Below are positions 12,650-25,310 of a DNA stretch of 64,000 bases, piece after piece. Numbering within the stretch: the first letter of the stretch is position 1; each line of letters starts with the position of its first letter. Source of the DNA: Carcharhinus amblyrhynchos. Taxonomy: Eukaryota. Under the pieces are notes generated by a model, which was not told where the DNA came from, searched no databases, and saw only the letters and a list, made by a program, of their open reading frames with translations. Made by a program: the position numbers and the translations under genes. Where the stretch lies: the NCBI GenBank assembly GCA_965287045.1, contig OZ336885.1:63612001-63676000 (forward strand), in the 5' to 3' direction.

Positions 12650-15600
12650 TAATGGAAACAATCTCGTTGTCGAGGTTCCAAGTGGAAAAAAAATGCTTAC
12701 CCCCAGAAAGCCCTGTTCGTTCACCATTTGGCTGCATCCGCAGCATCGTGCGCAAAAAAAAAAATGCCAGAATAAAATTAGCAACTTCTGTCCAGCAAAT
12801 ATACACTAAAATGGAATCCTATTCTCCCGCCATTTTTTCCCATAACTTTTGTTCCCTTACCAACCAAGAACTCATACGTCTGTGTGATAAATTAACTCGA
12901 AGGCCCTGCCTTCACAGCCTGCTGTGGAAATGAACTTCATACAGTGGGCACACAGTTGCTGAATAAATTTATCATCATTTTGGTTCGAAAGAGCGGCTTG
13001 ATCAATCTGAATCTGTGTCCAACTAGTCTAGTCTTTTCCAGTAATACAAACTTCTCCCCTACATCCACTCTATCCTGGCCATGCAGATTTCTGCAAGTTG
13101 CAATTACATCAGCCCTCATCCTTCCGAAGTCCACTGAATAAAGATCCGAACCCTTCATACGCTCGTCATACATCAACCTTTTCATTGTTGGGATCTTTAT
13201 TGTTAACTTGTTCTGTACAACCTCAAAGGCCAGAATACCTTTTTCTCAGAAATGTAGTCTGAAATTGTTGTGAGCATTCCAACAGTGGCCTGACAAAAGC
13301 CTTTGAAAGCTCCAGTACTACAGTCCTGCTCTTGAGCTCTCATCCTCTGGAAATGAATTATTTCAATGCATCCGTGTTCGTTAGCACCAACTCAATATTC
13401 AAGCTAACCTTAGGAGAATGTGGAAGTTGAACTCCAAAATCATTTTATGTTTTCAAGTTTTGTATACTTTATTTAAAAAAAAGCAACCACTATATACTTC
13501 CAACCAAAGTGTATAGCTCACATCTTCATTGGTTGTATTCCATATGAAACTTTATTTCCACTGCCCGAAACGGTGGAAGGTATACTGCATCCAGCCTGTC
13601 TAGTCAATACTGACTGCCTACTTACAAACTATGTGTCATCTGCAAACCTTGCCACAAGGCCTTCAGTACCATGAAGCACACAGTCTATGTATGAAGTGAG
13701 TAAACGTAATCCCAGCTTAAAAACTGCAGAACTCAACTGGACACTGGCTGCTACACTGAGAAAGATCATTTTATGCCAAATCTCTGCCTTAGACCAGTCA
13801 AGATCTTTTTGATTATTCATGCAGTGCCTTGCCTCTAACCTGATGAGTTTTTTTTTTATTCTTTCAAGCTGCCTCCTATGTGATAAGTTGTGAATGGACT
13901 TCTGAAAATCGAAGAAAATGGCAACTATTGCTTTTGTTTGTCTATCATGGTCATTATTTATTCAAACTATTCTCACAGGCATGTCAGGTGTGACCTCCCC
14001 TTGACGAATACATGCTGACTTCGCCATTTTACAGACAATTTACACATATTCTACAATTTCATTTGTTAATAATGGACTTTAAAATCTTGCTTGCAACCAA
14101 AGTTATAGTAAAAACTTCTAATTTCCCGTCTCTTTCTATCTTCCTTCTGAAATAATGGTGTTGCATTGATTAATTACCAGTCGTCATGGACGTGCCTCAG
14201 TCCAGTGATTTGAAACAAAATGTTCTACAGTGATCACCTCCACTCTCTTCAGTTGTTTCCTTTGGAACTCTGAACTGCAGTCCATTTACGCCCGGTGATT
14301 TATAAACATTCAGACATTTCAGCTTCCCTATACCTTCACCAGAAATGTCCAGCATATTCAACCCTGTTCGTAACTGTTGAATTGCTGCTATGCTGCTGAT
14401 CTATTCCGTCGTGACGGCCGATACATGGTGTCATTTCCATATCTCCACAATTTTACTCTTCCCAATTTCAACTTTTCCAGTGTCATTTTCCAACATCCAA
14501 ATGTCCGCTCTTGTCTCTCAATTTCCCTTTCTATGTCAAAAAAAGTTGCTGCAAACTGTTTTATTGATATTGTTGTCTTTCTTATTTTGATATGTTATCT
14601 CCACTCTGCCCTCCCCCTTGATTCGTTTTAGTTGCCCTCTGCAGTTTTTTTTAAGGCTTCGTGGTCGCCTGGCTTCCCATTGATCTAGAGTCTGCAGAAG
14701 GATCTAGATAGGCTGGGCGAATGGGCCAGGAAATGGCAAATGGAATTTAATGTTGGCAAGTGTGAGGTGGTCCACTTTGGTAGGAATAATGATAGGAAGG
14801 ACTATTACTTACGGGGCGAAAAACTGCAGCAGGCGACGGTGCAGAGGGACCTCGGGGTCCTTGTGCATGAGTCACAAAAACCCAGCTTGCAGGTGCAGCA
14901 GGTGGTCTGGAAGGCGAATGGGATGCTGGCCTTCATAGCGAGGGGGATTGAATATAAAAGTAGGGAGGTCTTGCTGCAGCTGTATAGGGCATTGGTGAGG
15001 CCGCAGCTGGAGTACTGTGTGCAGTTTTGGGCGCCGCACCTGTGCAAGGATATTTTGGCCCTGGAGGGAGTGCAGAGGAGGTTTACTAGGCTGATACCGG
15101 AGTTGAGGGGGTTGAGCTATGAGGAGAGGCTGAATAAACTAGGCTTGTACTCGCTAGAGTTTAGAAGAATGAGGGGAGATCTCATTGAGACGTATAAGAT
15201 GATGAATGGGATGGATAGGATAGAGGTAGAGAGACCCTTCCCGCTCAAAAAAGACAGTAGGACTAGGGGGCACAGCCTCAAGATAAAGGGGAGGCGGTTT
15301 AGAACGGAGTTGAGGAGGAACTTCTTCACCAAAGGGTGGTGAATCTCTGGAATTCTCTGCCCGTTGAAGTGGTGGAGGCTGCCTCGCTAAATATTTTTAA
15401 GAAGCGGGTTGATGGGTTTTTGATAAGAGAGGGGATTAAGGGTTATGGGGAGAGGGCAGGAAAGTGGAACTGAGCCACAACAGATCAGCCATGATCTTAT
15501 TGAATGGCGGGGCAGGCTCGAAGGGCTAGATGGCCTACTCCTGCTCCTATTTCTTATGTTCTTATGTTCTTATGTTTGCTGCTCTTTCTTTCCTTTTTGG

Positions 15601-17250
15601 TTTTACACTCTTCCTGGCTTCCCGCATCGGCCTTGGCTGTCTTGTCCTCCCGTGAGTATTTTTTTTTTTCCCCTCTGGTTTGTATGACGTTTTGCTGTGT
15701 CTTCCGAGGTACTTCCAGAATCTCCTGCCATAGATATTCCACCATAAATCCCACTTGACACATTTTCAAAGAACTCTGATCAGTTCCTCCTGCATGCCTT
15801 TCTATATGCATGTTCTCACCTGAAATACTGTCATATCTAATTTTAGCTTCGCCCTCTCACGATTTCAGGGTAAATGATATCATGTTTCCATCCCGAACTC
15901 CTAAGGGTACCTTTCATTTATGTTTTCAAATAATGTCTATCTCATTATGCATCAACTAATTACGGATCATTTGCTCCATTGTCAGCTCAATCAGAGAAGG
16001 CTCAGAAAATCCATCTCGTCAACAGTCCAAAGTGTAGAATCTTTCCATCCACTACCTTTTTTTTTCACCTAATCCACCATCATATTTAAATCAACCATGA
16101 ACACTCTAACCTTGCATTTCTTATATAACGTTTTTTATCTGCTGGGCAATCTTGTACCCCACATCCTGTCGACTTCAAAGACGTCTACATGACTCCTATC
16201 ACAGACTTTTAACGTTGCTTTTCCTTAAATTGGCCCTCACAGATCCTACATCTTCAAAATGCAACTTGTTTCTTACTAACGATTTAAGTACATTCGTTCC
16301 GAACAAGGCAACACCAACCCATCTGATCAAGACCCTGCCTTTTCAACATGACGCGGATCTTTAGATAACTCGCTACCAGATCGGGTGGCCTTGCAGACAT
16401 GTGTCTGAGATGAACACATGTGTTCACAAAACTACAATCTGCGAAAAAAAAAACTTTTTAAAATATGTATTTAACTGCAGACATTCAACACATCGGACAC
16501 ATTTCTACATTAAGTACCCCACTGTTCATTTTTGCCCTTCTTTTCGTTTGCTCCTTTGCGAGGTTCCTAAACTTCTCTCAGCGAAATGTCTTCTTATTAG
16601 TTCCAGCGACTTTAGTAGCCTCCCCTGTGTACTTCTTCCGTTTATCTATGTTCATAATCATCACTCACTTGACATCCCTGCACTCCACACGCGAAACTGC
16701 TGCTTTGTTTCTCATAAACAATTACATATCATATATTTTAACTATTTTCTCCCCCATCTACTCATTTAAAATCCTGGTGCACACCTTACTTATATATTTT
16801 TTTTCCCTCGAGCACGGGTCGCAGATTGGTTCAGGGGAGACGGGCCCAGCATTACATATCGCTCCTTATCCCCGCACCACGATTTAATCACATTTCACCC
16901 ATTTTTTGTTTCTCTCATCTTTGCCACATTGCACGTGAGTCGCAAACTCATGAAAGTGTTCTCAGTAATTGAGATCTCAGCTCCTGATAATCCCTAAACT
17001 TTTTTTTTTCAGAGTCGTGTTTGTTTATATGTTGTTTTCCCAACGTGGACCACAAAAGCTGAATCTTTGCGCAGCCACTCTAATATTCATCAAGCTGGGA
17101 AGAAATGTCCTTCACCCTGGAACCTGCATGCAATATGCCATATGGGACTCCGCTTCTATATACAAAACGTGCGATCCATTCACCTTTTTATGCACCCAAG
17201 GTTGTCAAGAAAAGCGACATGAATTTTAGCAAAGGTAATTTTTGAGATGA
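12650..17250 (-). mobile_element. Old near-full-length CR1 LINE (ORF1 esterase remnant, APE, RT, 3' end), interrupted at 14687-15575
   Basis: Minus-strand motifs in the expected order: ORF1 SGNH-like ESHM.YC.(P)GSRVKDIS (~17100-17155) and VHVGKNN (~17030-17050), RT GLVARFADDT (13632-13665), and C-terminal DLYSVDFGRMRADVI (12937-13185). Confidence 0.8.
14687..15575 (+). mobile_element. Young 5'-truncated CR1/HER1-like LINE (ORF2 C-terminal part plus 3' UTR)
   Basis: Open frame SLQKDLDRLGEWARKWQMEFNVGKC..RDLGV..LVRPQLEYCVQFW..LGLYSLEFRRMRGDLIE (14689-15342). There is a single 1-nt deletion near 15330 relative to the copy at 165. Ends in (TTCTTATG)3. Confidence 0.97.
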
Positions 17251-18864
17251 ACGCATTATTTTTTTCTCCCAAGTTGGAACCACCGCATAAATTATTCAGC
17301 CTAAATGCATGTACGGCAACACACATTCTCCAATGACTATGTGATTGTGTTCACACGATCTATGGTAACGTTCTGTGAAGAGCTACTTACTGTCTCCGCA
17401 TGTACGCAGCTTTTCCTCTGAAAAAAATGTTTTTTGTATACTTAATATCAGTTAACACAATTGATTTTAGAATAGTAACTCGCGGTGGAGACTTATTAAT
17501 TATGTGCTCGCTGAAAAAAAATGTAGTCACTTGCATGACATATTTCATGGCCTATTGCATGTGACAATTTCAAAGCATGTAAAAATATATATTTTCAAAG
17601 CTCATCATAAAACCGCTTCATTTGTTCTTTTAAAATTTAATCGTTTCATCAAACCATAATTAAGATAAAACAAATAAGCCCCATCTCGTTAATTTGCTAA
17701 ACCTCTATGTGTTCTTTACTTTACAAGCCCGAAGTTGCCTGCTAGTAATAATAATGATAACGTGCTTCTGCCCCGTAACTCTGCCATAACCTTAACCTTC
17801 ATGCGTGTATCTTGCAGTAAAAGTGTTATTTGTAGGGCGAAGAATCACAAAATCTCTCGATGTTTCAGCCAATCAAAACTTCAAATGAAATAAGTTGCCC
17901 TTGACCATTTCCTGCACAAAGGACTATTATCACTCTTATAATAGTACAGCGATATTAAGGGGAAATTTTCCACGCCATGCAATGTTTCCTGCAAAATTTC
18001 AGGTAGAGAACTACTGAACGAAACCTAAACTCAGCTAACAAGGGGGAGAGAAAAGATGATTTGACGGAATCGTATAGTTTTTGTAACACATTGCATACAT
18101 TTGTAGCTATTGACCATTACCTGTATAGGGATAAGGGGCGACGGGATCAACATTACAATTTAAATTATGCAGTCAATACATTGCGACACACAATTATTAA
18201 AAATATATATTATTAGAACTTTTCGGAGAATGTCCCCAGATAAGTGTAGATGTGATCCTGCAATGCGTCTTGCAGATGACATGGACTTCCGACAATGTGA
18301 GCAAGAACACTTGCACGATTGTATCAATCAAATTGGCTGACATAATCCTAGCATGCATTTACATCTGTCATCATTCAGGCAGATTGGATGTCAGATAGAT
18401 CATTTGTAAGAACACAGGGTAAACTACAAATTCCAAATGACACAATTATAATACTCCCTTGGTCATGGAAGCCGATGGATGTGGCGTGTCGCCATTCGTA
18501 TTGAATTATTTGCTGCAACTTGTCTCACGTCAGGCCGATTGTAAGCACATCAATATGCTTGCCCAACTAATGTTCTGATCAAAATTCATCCAAAAATAAA
18601 CAAAGATGGGCATTTTTTTTAATGTCAAGTGCGATGTTCAGATTACTTCTTCCCAGATAACTGTCATTGCCAGATACTCGTGAAACAGACCCAATTGTGT
18701 GTCACAGTTGTTTAGTGGTACCTATTAACTGCCTGCCTTAATATATGCTCCCCTTCAGTATTCCAGTCGTTTTGAAAAGTGCTGAAAGATTGGACAATAA
18801 TCGCCGAATGTACTCACTACTGACATAATGACGGTCGGAAGCCCATCAGTTAAGCAGCTTAAGA

Positions 18865-19128
18865 CAGCAGGGCTCATGACATCACAACGCGTCCTGCCTT
18901 TGTTTTAAAGCACCAGCGACCCGTGTTTGAATTCGGCCTTTGGTGCGAATGGTTCCTTCTGGGTGGTACAGATTCCTTATGTAGTCCATGTGGTGGTCAA
19001 AATTCATTAAGGCATAATTTCAAGGTTTTGGGGATCCGGCGGTGAGAATCCGTTTTTAATGCTGTATTCCGGAGAAACTGTGCAGTCAACTGGACGAATG
19101 GCCTCATGCAGCACTGCATATTCTGTGT
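18865..19128 (+). mobile_element. Decayed HE1-like SINE
   Basis: ccagcgacccgtgtttgaattc head remnant and tail gtgcagtcaactggacgaatggcctc..gcactgcatattctgtg. Confidence 0.55.
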
Positions 19129-19129
19129 A

Positions 19130-19475
19130 AAGACCAGCAGACGGGCACCACAACAGCTCAGTGACTATCACTGCTAGCTGTGCAGACACATGGATTTGGG
19201 CCTGTGTCTGTGGGAGTTTGCGCATTCTCCCTGTGGTTGTGTGAGTTTCCTCCGGGAGCTCCGGTTTCCTCCCACACCCCAAAAATGTGCTCTTAGGCTG
19301 ATTGGTGTACCAAATTGACCCTACACTACTCTCCCCTGGATCTGGCTACATTAGGGGTACCATTCACATACACACGGGGCAGGGTAAGTGTAGGAAAATG
19401 CTTTGTTGAAATGGCGGCGCGGGCTCGTTGGGCCGAAGGGCCTATTCCCGTGCTGGGTGGCTTTGTTCTTTGTTC
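19130..19475 (+). mobile_element. V-SINE-derived element lacking the Pol III B box; same family as 49630-49970, probably a truncated CR1 3' UTR
   Basis: Aligns end to end with the reverse complement of 49630-49970 (compare track peptides 19007-19282 and 49816-50133). Ends in gggccgaagggcc..gttctttgttc. Confidence 0.85.
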
Positions 19476-19789
19476 CAAACATAATTCTTTGACATTTGTA
19501 GTTTACCCTGTGTTCTTACAACTGATTTTTCTGACCTCCTCAATGACCATTTTATTCCAGTTGAATATATTTTGCGAGCTAACAAACAGAAGTTCCACAC
19601 CAGCGTCTCACACAAATGCCCCTCACCCACTCTGCCCGTTTATTGGTGACTGCACTTATGTTGGGAATCTGTAAAGCAACAATCGACAATTCGTTCTATA
19701 GTTATAAATCATAACTGCAATGATTTCACCATTGGATTTCAGCATTTATTATTTGTCTGAACCACTGCAGTAATAATGTTAGTGTTTGA

Positions 19790-20700
19790 GTGGCACTGAC
19801 ATCTGTGAGCAAGTTATTGGACAACAGCATTCCGATAAATCACTGTTGATCGGTGTTCCCTTCAAATTACGAACAAATGGGCAGTAATTGACAATAACAG
19901 GCATTGTTTTCTTCAAACGTACTTGAGATATCTCCCAAATTTCCGCATTGCCCTGTGCATGCCCGGTCTTTGGCTGAACGGAACATTTTAGACCCGTTTT
20001 TAACAATTTTGGATGCTACAAAAATGGTAATATTGTTGGAATAATATTAGTGCCCATACCCTTTACCGAAAGCTGTTTTTGGACACCAAGCAGACTGAAT
20101 CTTGTTCATTAACATCTGGCATATTTGATGTATTGAATCTTTGGGAGAGGCGAAGATGGATCATTCAATCTGACTAAGTTTGCCGTTGCTTTCCGTAAGT
20201 GATTCAGCCTTAACACTTGCGTAGATTTGTAGTCTCCAGCTTACAACAACTAGGAATAGTTGTGGTGTTAGATATTCCAATGAGCTTTGCATTTGCCCAC
20301 CCTTATACAAGCTTAACTATTATAGACCCACATGATCTCATGTTCATCCCTTGGTTGTGGAATGTTTTGTATCGCATGCTGCTTGGCCTTTCTAGAGTGA
20401 AAATTGGCTGCCTGCTTCTTTCACCATGTTGGTCTATAACATTCAGTAGTTCATCGAGATACTGTGGACTTGTCATCCATAACTTTTCTCTCATCCATGA
20501 ACTTTCGATTACTTCATCCCTTACCTCATTACATTCCAGTGGATATCTCGAGAGGGGCACATACAGTGCCATAAACGTTAATGTTACGATTAATTACAAT
20601 TCTAATTCAGCTCATGGCCGCGAATGCCTTATTGTTGTAAAAGGGTGGGTTCATAAAACTGGTCAAAATATATCCAATGTAGCACCACGTTCGTAGGAAA
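19790..20700 (-). mobile_element. Internal fragment of a second jockey-group LINE family (CR1/L2-related, distinct from HER1)
   Basis: Shares sequence with 28380-28720 (gaggcgaagatggatcattc vs gaggccaagatgaatgatcc; gtgcccataccctttacc vs gtccataggttttg). Matches my recollection of a common shark LINE; clade not established. Confidence 0.6.
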
Positions 20701-20959
20701 TGATACTATGGAGGTGTTTTTTTCTCTCAATATAAGTACAGAATATCAGATCAAAATTAGTGCCTGTTGGTCAGTCTGGAAAATGGATGCTTAATGGTTT
20801 TCGTAGCCCATGCCTACTTGCATGAGTTAGATTATGGTTTTCCTTTGTTACTTCACCTAATGTATCCTGCACAACGACTCTAACATTTGTGGCATTTTCA
20901 CTTCTTCATTTCAATCAGCAATGATTCTCCACCGTCACTCTTGACAGCAGAGCACGAAC

Positions 20960-21195
20960 CCCACCAGCCCCCGCCCCGCAGTCCCCCGCCCCGTTATAGA
21001 ACATTTTGCGCCATTGCCAGATATGTGTTTCCTCCAAATGCCGTTCAACATGGCAGAATGATGATGTAGCACCGAGTCGTTCGTGTTTTGTGTGCTTGCG
21101 TGTGTGCGTGCGTGTTTGGCTCCGGCGTCTGCAGGGAAGAAGCGAGTTTTGGTTGCGACAGTGGGACGCTTGCAGAAAATGCAAACCGGGGGTAC
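20960..21195 (+). promoter_or_regulatory. Candidate promoter / first exon (CpG-rich patch)
   Basis: Two CCCCGCCCC GC boxes (20969-20977, 20984-20992) followed by TTATAGA, a YY1-like CAACATGGC (~21046), locally dense CpG, and a possible donor GG|gtacct at 21191/21192. Confidence 0.3.
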
Positions 21196-24100
21196 CTTTC
21201 CTTAATTATAAAATATTCGAAAAAAAAACGAGTCATTCTAAGCTCTGAAATCGAACTGTAGTTCTACCAGGGTGTTTCCTGTGCATTTTGTGGGGCATCG
21301 CTGGTGGTTTGTTCAAATTCCACTGAAATATTGTTAATTCTCATGTAGGGCAGGCCAGCTAAGGATATCAAATGTCTTCTGTGATATCATCGAGGAAATA
21401 AATCGATAGCAAGTTCAGTGGATAATTTCAAGAACATCATGTGACATTAAGTGAAGGCTTGCATTTGACATCATCATCTGTGGTGCTTGTTTGAATCGAC
21501 GTTTCCAAATTGTTACTCTGAGTGCTTGTATTGCCACTTGAGCAATAATACGGCTATGTCAAAGGAACCAGGACGCTTCCGACTGGATGGCGTGCAATAA
21601 CTGTGAGCATGAAATGCGTGACCGTGACCATTCACAGAAAATATGTTTACGTGAGGGTGGCAAAACTTGAATGGTCATAAGCATATAACGTTTCTCTTTG
21701 ATTTGCATCATTGCAGATGAAATCAAGCTACCGCTCATCTACTGTGGAAAACACAAATCAGTTGACATCAGGTGCTGACGATGAGTAGGGTGGTGTGTCA
21801 GTCCTTCTCTTTGGCGTGGTTCTCTGCTTCACCAAGTATAGCATTAACAAGTCCAGCAAAAAAGCCACATCGATGGAGTCTAACAGCCGAATTGTCTGTC
21901 CGTTTTTCAAGGCAGACTTGAATGGGAATATGTCTTTTGCATTTGTTTTGCTATTGGCCTTCCACACTCATGTGTGCCACGGGGCTGGAGTGCACCTGAA
22001 AACAACTCATGTCATTTTGATTTAATGAGTTAAGTTTCTGTTAATAATAAAGTTTGATAGCAGTGCCCCATCAGTGGATTTCAATGCCTGCCGTTGTATT
22101 TTATTTGTGAGTTTACTCTTATTTAAAAATCCTTCTGAGCAATTTATGCAATGCATTAGGTATGCACAGAAGAAAACGAAATGGGAGCAGCAGTCTCCCA
22201 ATCTGCTTCCTTTGATGACTCATTTCTATTCTTACTACATTGCAGCTGTTTGTTGTTGTCTTTCTACTGTTCATTTTGCTTCTCTGTAGCATGCTAAGCT
22301 AATGTGGGAGGAAATAAAGCAAAATAGTATTTGTGGTGGAATCTGAAACAGGAAGAGAAAATGGTGCGAAATGTCAAAAGATCAAACAGAATCCATGAAG
22401 CGGGAATTGAGACGACATTTTGTGTCAGGAGCACATATCCGAATTTAGGGTTCTTGCAGCTATTGTTATCCAGGTTTGTGTTTCTCTAAACGTCTCCCTA
22501 TACGTATACCACTTTTGATCGATTTGGTCGACTGCATTTCCAAAAAAAAGAAAAAACCCAACTGCCTATTCTCGTTGAACTGAAAAAAAGGAAATGCTTG
22601 ATAAGATCGACTGAGCACTTCAGGTTCTTTTTTTTCTATTCTGACCACATGCCAACATGTATGCCAAAATTCTGATAATTAATCCATTCGACAAAAAACA
22701 AACTTGTGCGTTACCCATTTAGATACAATTGTCTTGCAAAATATCTCTTCAAGATCAGCCTTAAAATTTCTCATTTAACTGCAAACACATGGCATTAATT
22801 TATGACTTAATTATTTCCTGTAAAAATGGTGTGCAGCAAAAGTGAATGTGAATTCCTGCTCTTTACCTGAATTGATCTCTCTGAGTGCCGAAAAAAATCA
22901 CATGTGCAAGCTGATATCTCGTTGTCAATTCAGATTTTTTTTTTTCATCTCGTTTCGCCTTGTCACATATGTTTAGCTTGAAATTAATCTATAACTTATT
23001 GACTTATCTGCAACACTTTAATACTTCTGTTTTTTTTTGCTGCTGGATGGTAAGAGTAACAGTTTCAGATCTGTCCATTTCTATCGTATTATCCAGCGTT
23101 TAGTAATAGTCCACAAAGTTTCATTGGGTAGTCTGAATTGGCACTGGAATACTAATTCATGTCGAAAAATCTATTATCACTACTTAAGTGAAGCATGCTG
23201 GAACATGCCATTATATGGGATGATTTTGCATTGCACACACGCGTCACACGCATGATTATTTCTGATGTGCCTTTAGCGTTGAGCAAATAAATGTTGTTCG
23301 ATTCGGACGCCATCGTATTCCGGCATACCTGACAACATGTAAAGACGTGCGCAGTGTTTCTATAAGAAATTAACAATTGCTGATGGATACGGTCAACACT
23401 TACTTTGTCCCATAAAATGAGTAAGTATTTTTTTCTTAGTACTATTTATCTTACAGACACTGAATTAAGTGCACGTTTGAAAGCAGAAACATTCACTTGA
23501 TGATTGCTCTCACCAGCATCTTTCAGTATTTCTTTCAATTTGCGTATTTCTGCAGTATAAAATAAGAAAACATTCAAAATGAAATGCGAAATTAGTTGTT
23601 TTATTTTATTCAGTTAATCGAAGCAAAAGTAAACGTTGCACTGTGGCATTTCAGTGATACTGCAACCGACATTCGAATGCAACACATATGGTTATGTTTG
23701 ATCTTCAAATATGTTGAGCAAAATTAATGGGGACTCAAAACGTACTCATGCGCTCTCAAATTCCCACAGCGAGAAAAAAAATCCCTCAACCTATTTCAAG
23801 AAAATATTGTCACTGGATTGATTGTGTAATCTTGCTGGGAATATTGGAAAGACAAACATGATGAATTGCATCATCTACAATTCGTGCGTCTCATATATTT
23901 TCCTGTAATTTAAAGTTACGTTTCAGTCCCACTTCTCTGTTAGCTGGTCAGATAATCAGTGGGGGCGCCGTTGAGTAGCAAACTTTTTTTTTTCTGACTG
24001 TTTCTTTTTCTGCTGAACGTCACTTCTGTGTTGTCAATACTTTAATCCACTGACGTGGTAAAATCATATCTCAGGGATTCATTTTCGTTAATATTCCAAT

Positions 24101-25009
24101 TCTATTTTGGAAATGTCGATCGAATGAAAACATGTATGATTTCAGGGCTTTAATTACGGGGTTAGAAAACACTGTTGAACGTATGCGATCAAAACACAAT
24201 GTTGAGTGACATCACCTTGGAATCACATGTATTTACATCATGTCAAATTTCAATGAAATGTTGCTTCTGCATTGCACATTTGTATCCGAAATATCTTGTT
24301 AGCTCAATAGTTCTTATTCTTCTAGCCATGTTATGGTCCTTTTGAGAGTCATGTTCCATGATGAGGCCACAGTTCTCAGTGAAAACAACATAAGGAATAC
24401 ATTTACGATGTTCCAATTCCTACCCTTCTCTGTTGCACCGTGAAATCAGACAGACCGCATGGCCTTCAAAATTTTGTGTTTCTCCGCTTCATGTGCTCAA
24501 CAGATTTTACCTCTCGATTGACATTACATTAACATTTCAATGCCCTAATGTGATTCCACAATCTCTATCTTTCAAGGGAAGCATCCGTCACAAATTCAGA
24601 GTATATCCACGTCAGAAATATGCATGATGTTGATAATGTTCATTTCAACGCGGTTGCCCAGAATACATACAGCTCTTCACGATATGTTGCATTACCCTTA
24701 TCTTTGTCCAGCATGCTCTTTGCTGTAAACACATTTAAAAAAAAAGTTCGGACTAGAAACAAAATCGATGAATGGTTTGTCAGACGCTCAACCAGGCATG
24801 CATGCATAACGTTTGCATTCACGTACTTAAAAAAAAACTGCAAATCTAATGCAGGGCCACACGCTCACATTCGTCAATTAATGCTGAATTTTAGTTTAGA
24901 CCGTGCAGTGTTGAATCAGAAAATTCAGTAACACCCTGATATCAATGCAGAAATATAAAAACTCATGATATGAAGGGGATTGCAAATGGAAATATGAATA
25001 ATGACAATA

Positions 25010-25310
25010 GAAGGAGAAGGAGGAGGAGAAGAAGTACGAGTAGGACGACAACGAGTTGGAAGAGAAAGATGAGGGGATAGAGGAAGAGGAGGAAGATGGA
25101 GAAAAAGAAGAAGAAGAAGAAGAAGAAGAAGAAGAAGAAGAAGAAGAAGAAGAAGAAGAAGAAGAAGAATAACAACAACGTAAACAAGTTGAAAAAGAGC
25201 AAAAACAAGAGCAAAAAGAACAAGAACAACAAGAAAAAGGACATAACAAGACGGATGCCAAGAAGAAGAATATCCATCCGAAGAGAATGATGATATCGAT
25301 GCTGATGAAT
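25010..25310. repeat. (GAA)21 microsatellite (25107-25169) in a degenerate purine-rich trinucleotide tract
   Basis: Perfect GAA run flanked by decayed GAG/GAA (5') and CAA/GAA/GAT (3') triplets. It explains the poly-S/L/F/K ORFs in the track. Confidence 0.95.

Noticed and set aside
14740-15342. 200-aa ORF as a host gene
   Set aside because: 5'-truncated CR1 ORF2 lacking the RT catalytic core and carrying a frameshift.
20217-20696. 159-aa ORF
   Set aside because: Antisense to a decayed LINE interior; no protein features.
21730-21800. CTGACGA with an upstream GAAA, suggesting a type II hammerhead
   Set aside because: No valid NUH site, and stems I-III cannot be formed in the correct register.
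21717-22025. In-frame ATG..TAG..hydrophobic ORF, suggesting stop-codon readthrough
   Set aside because: No readthrough context, no recognisable protein, and easily chance.
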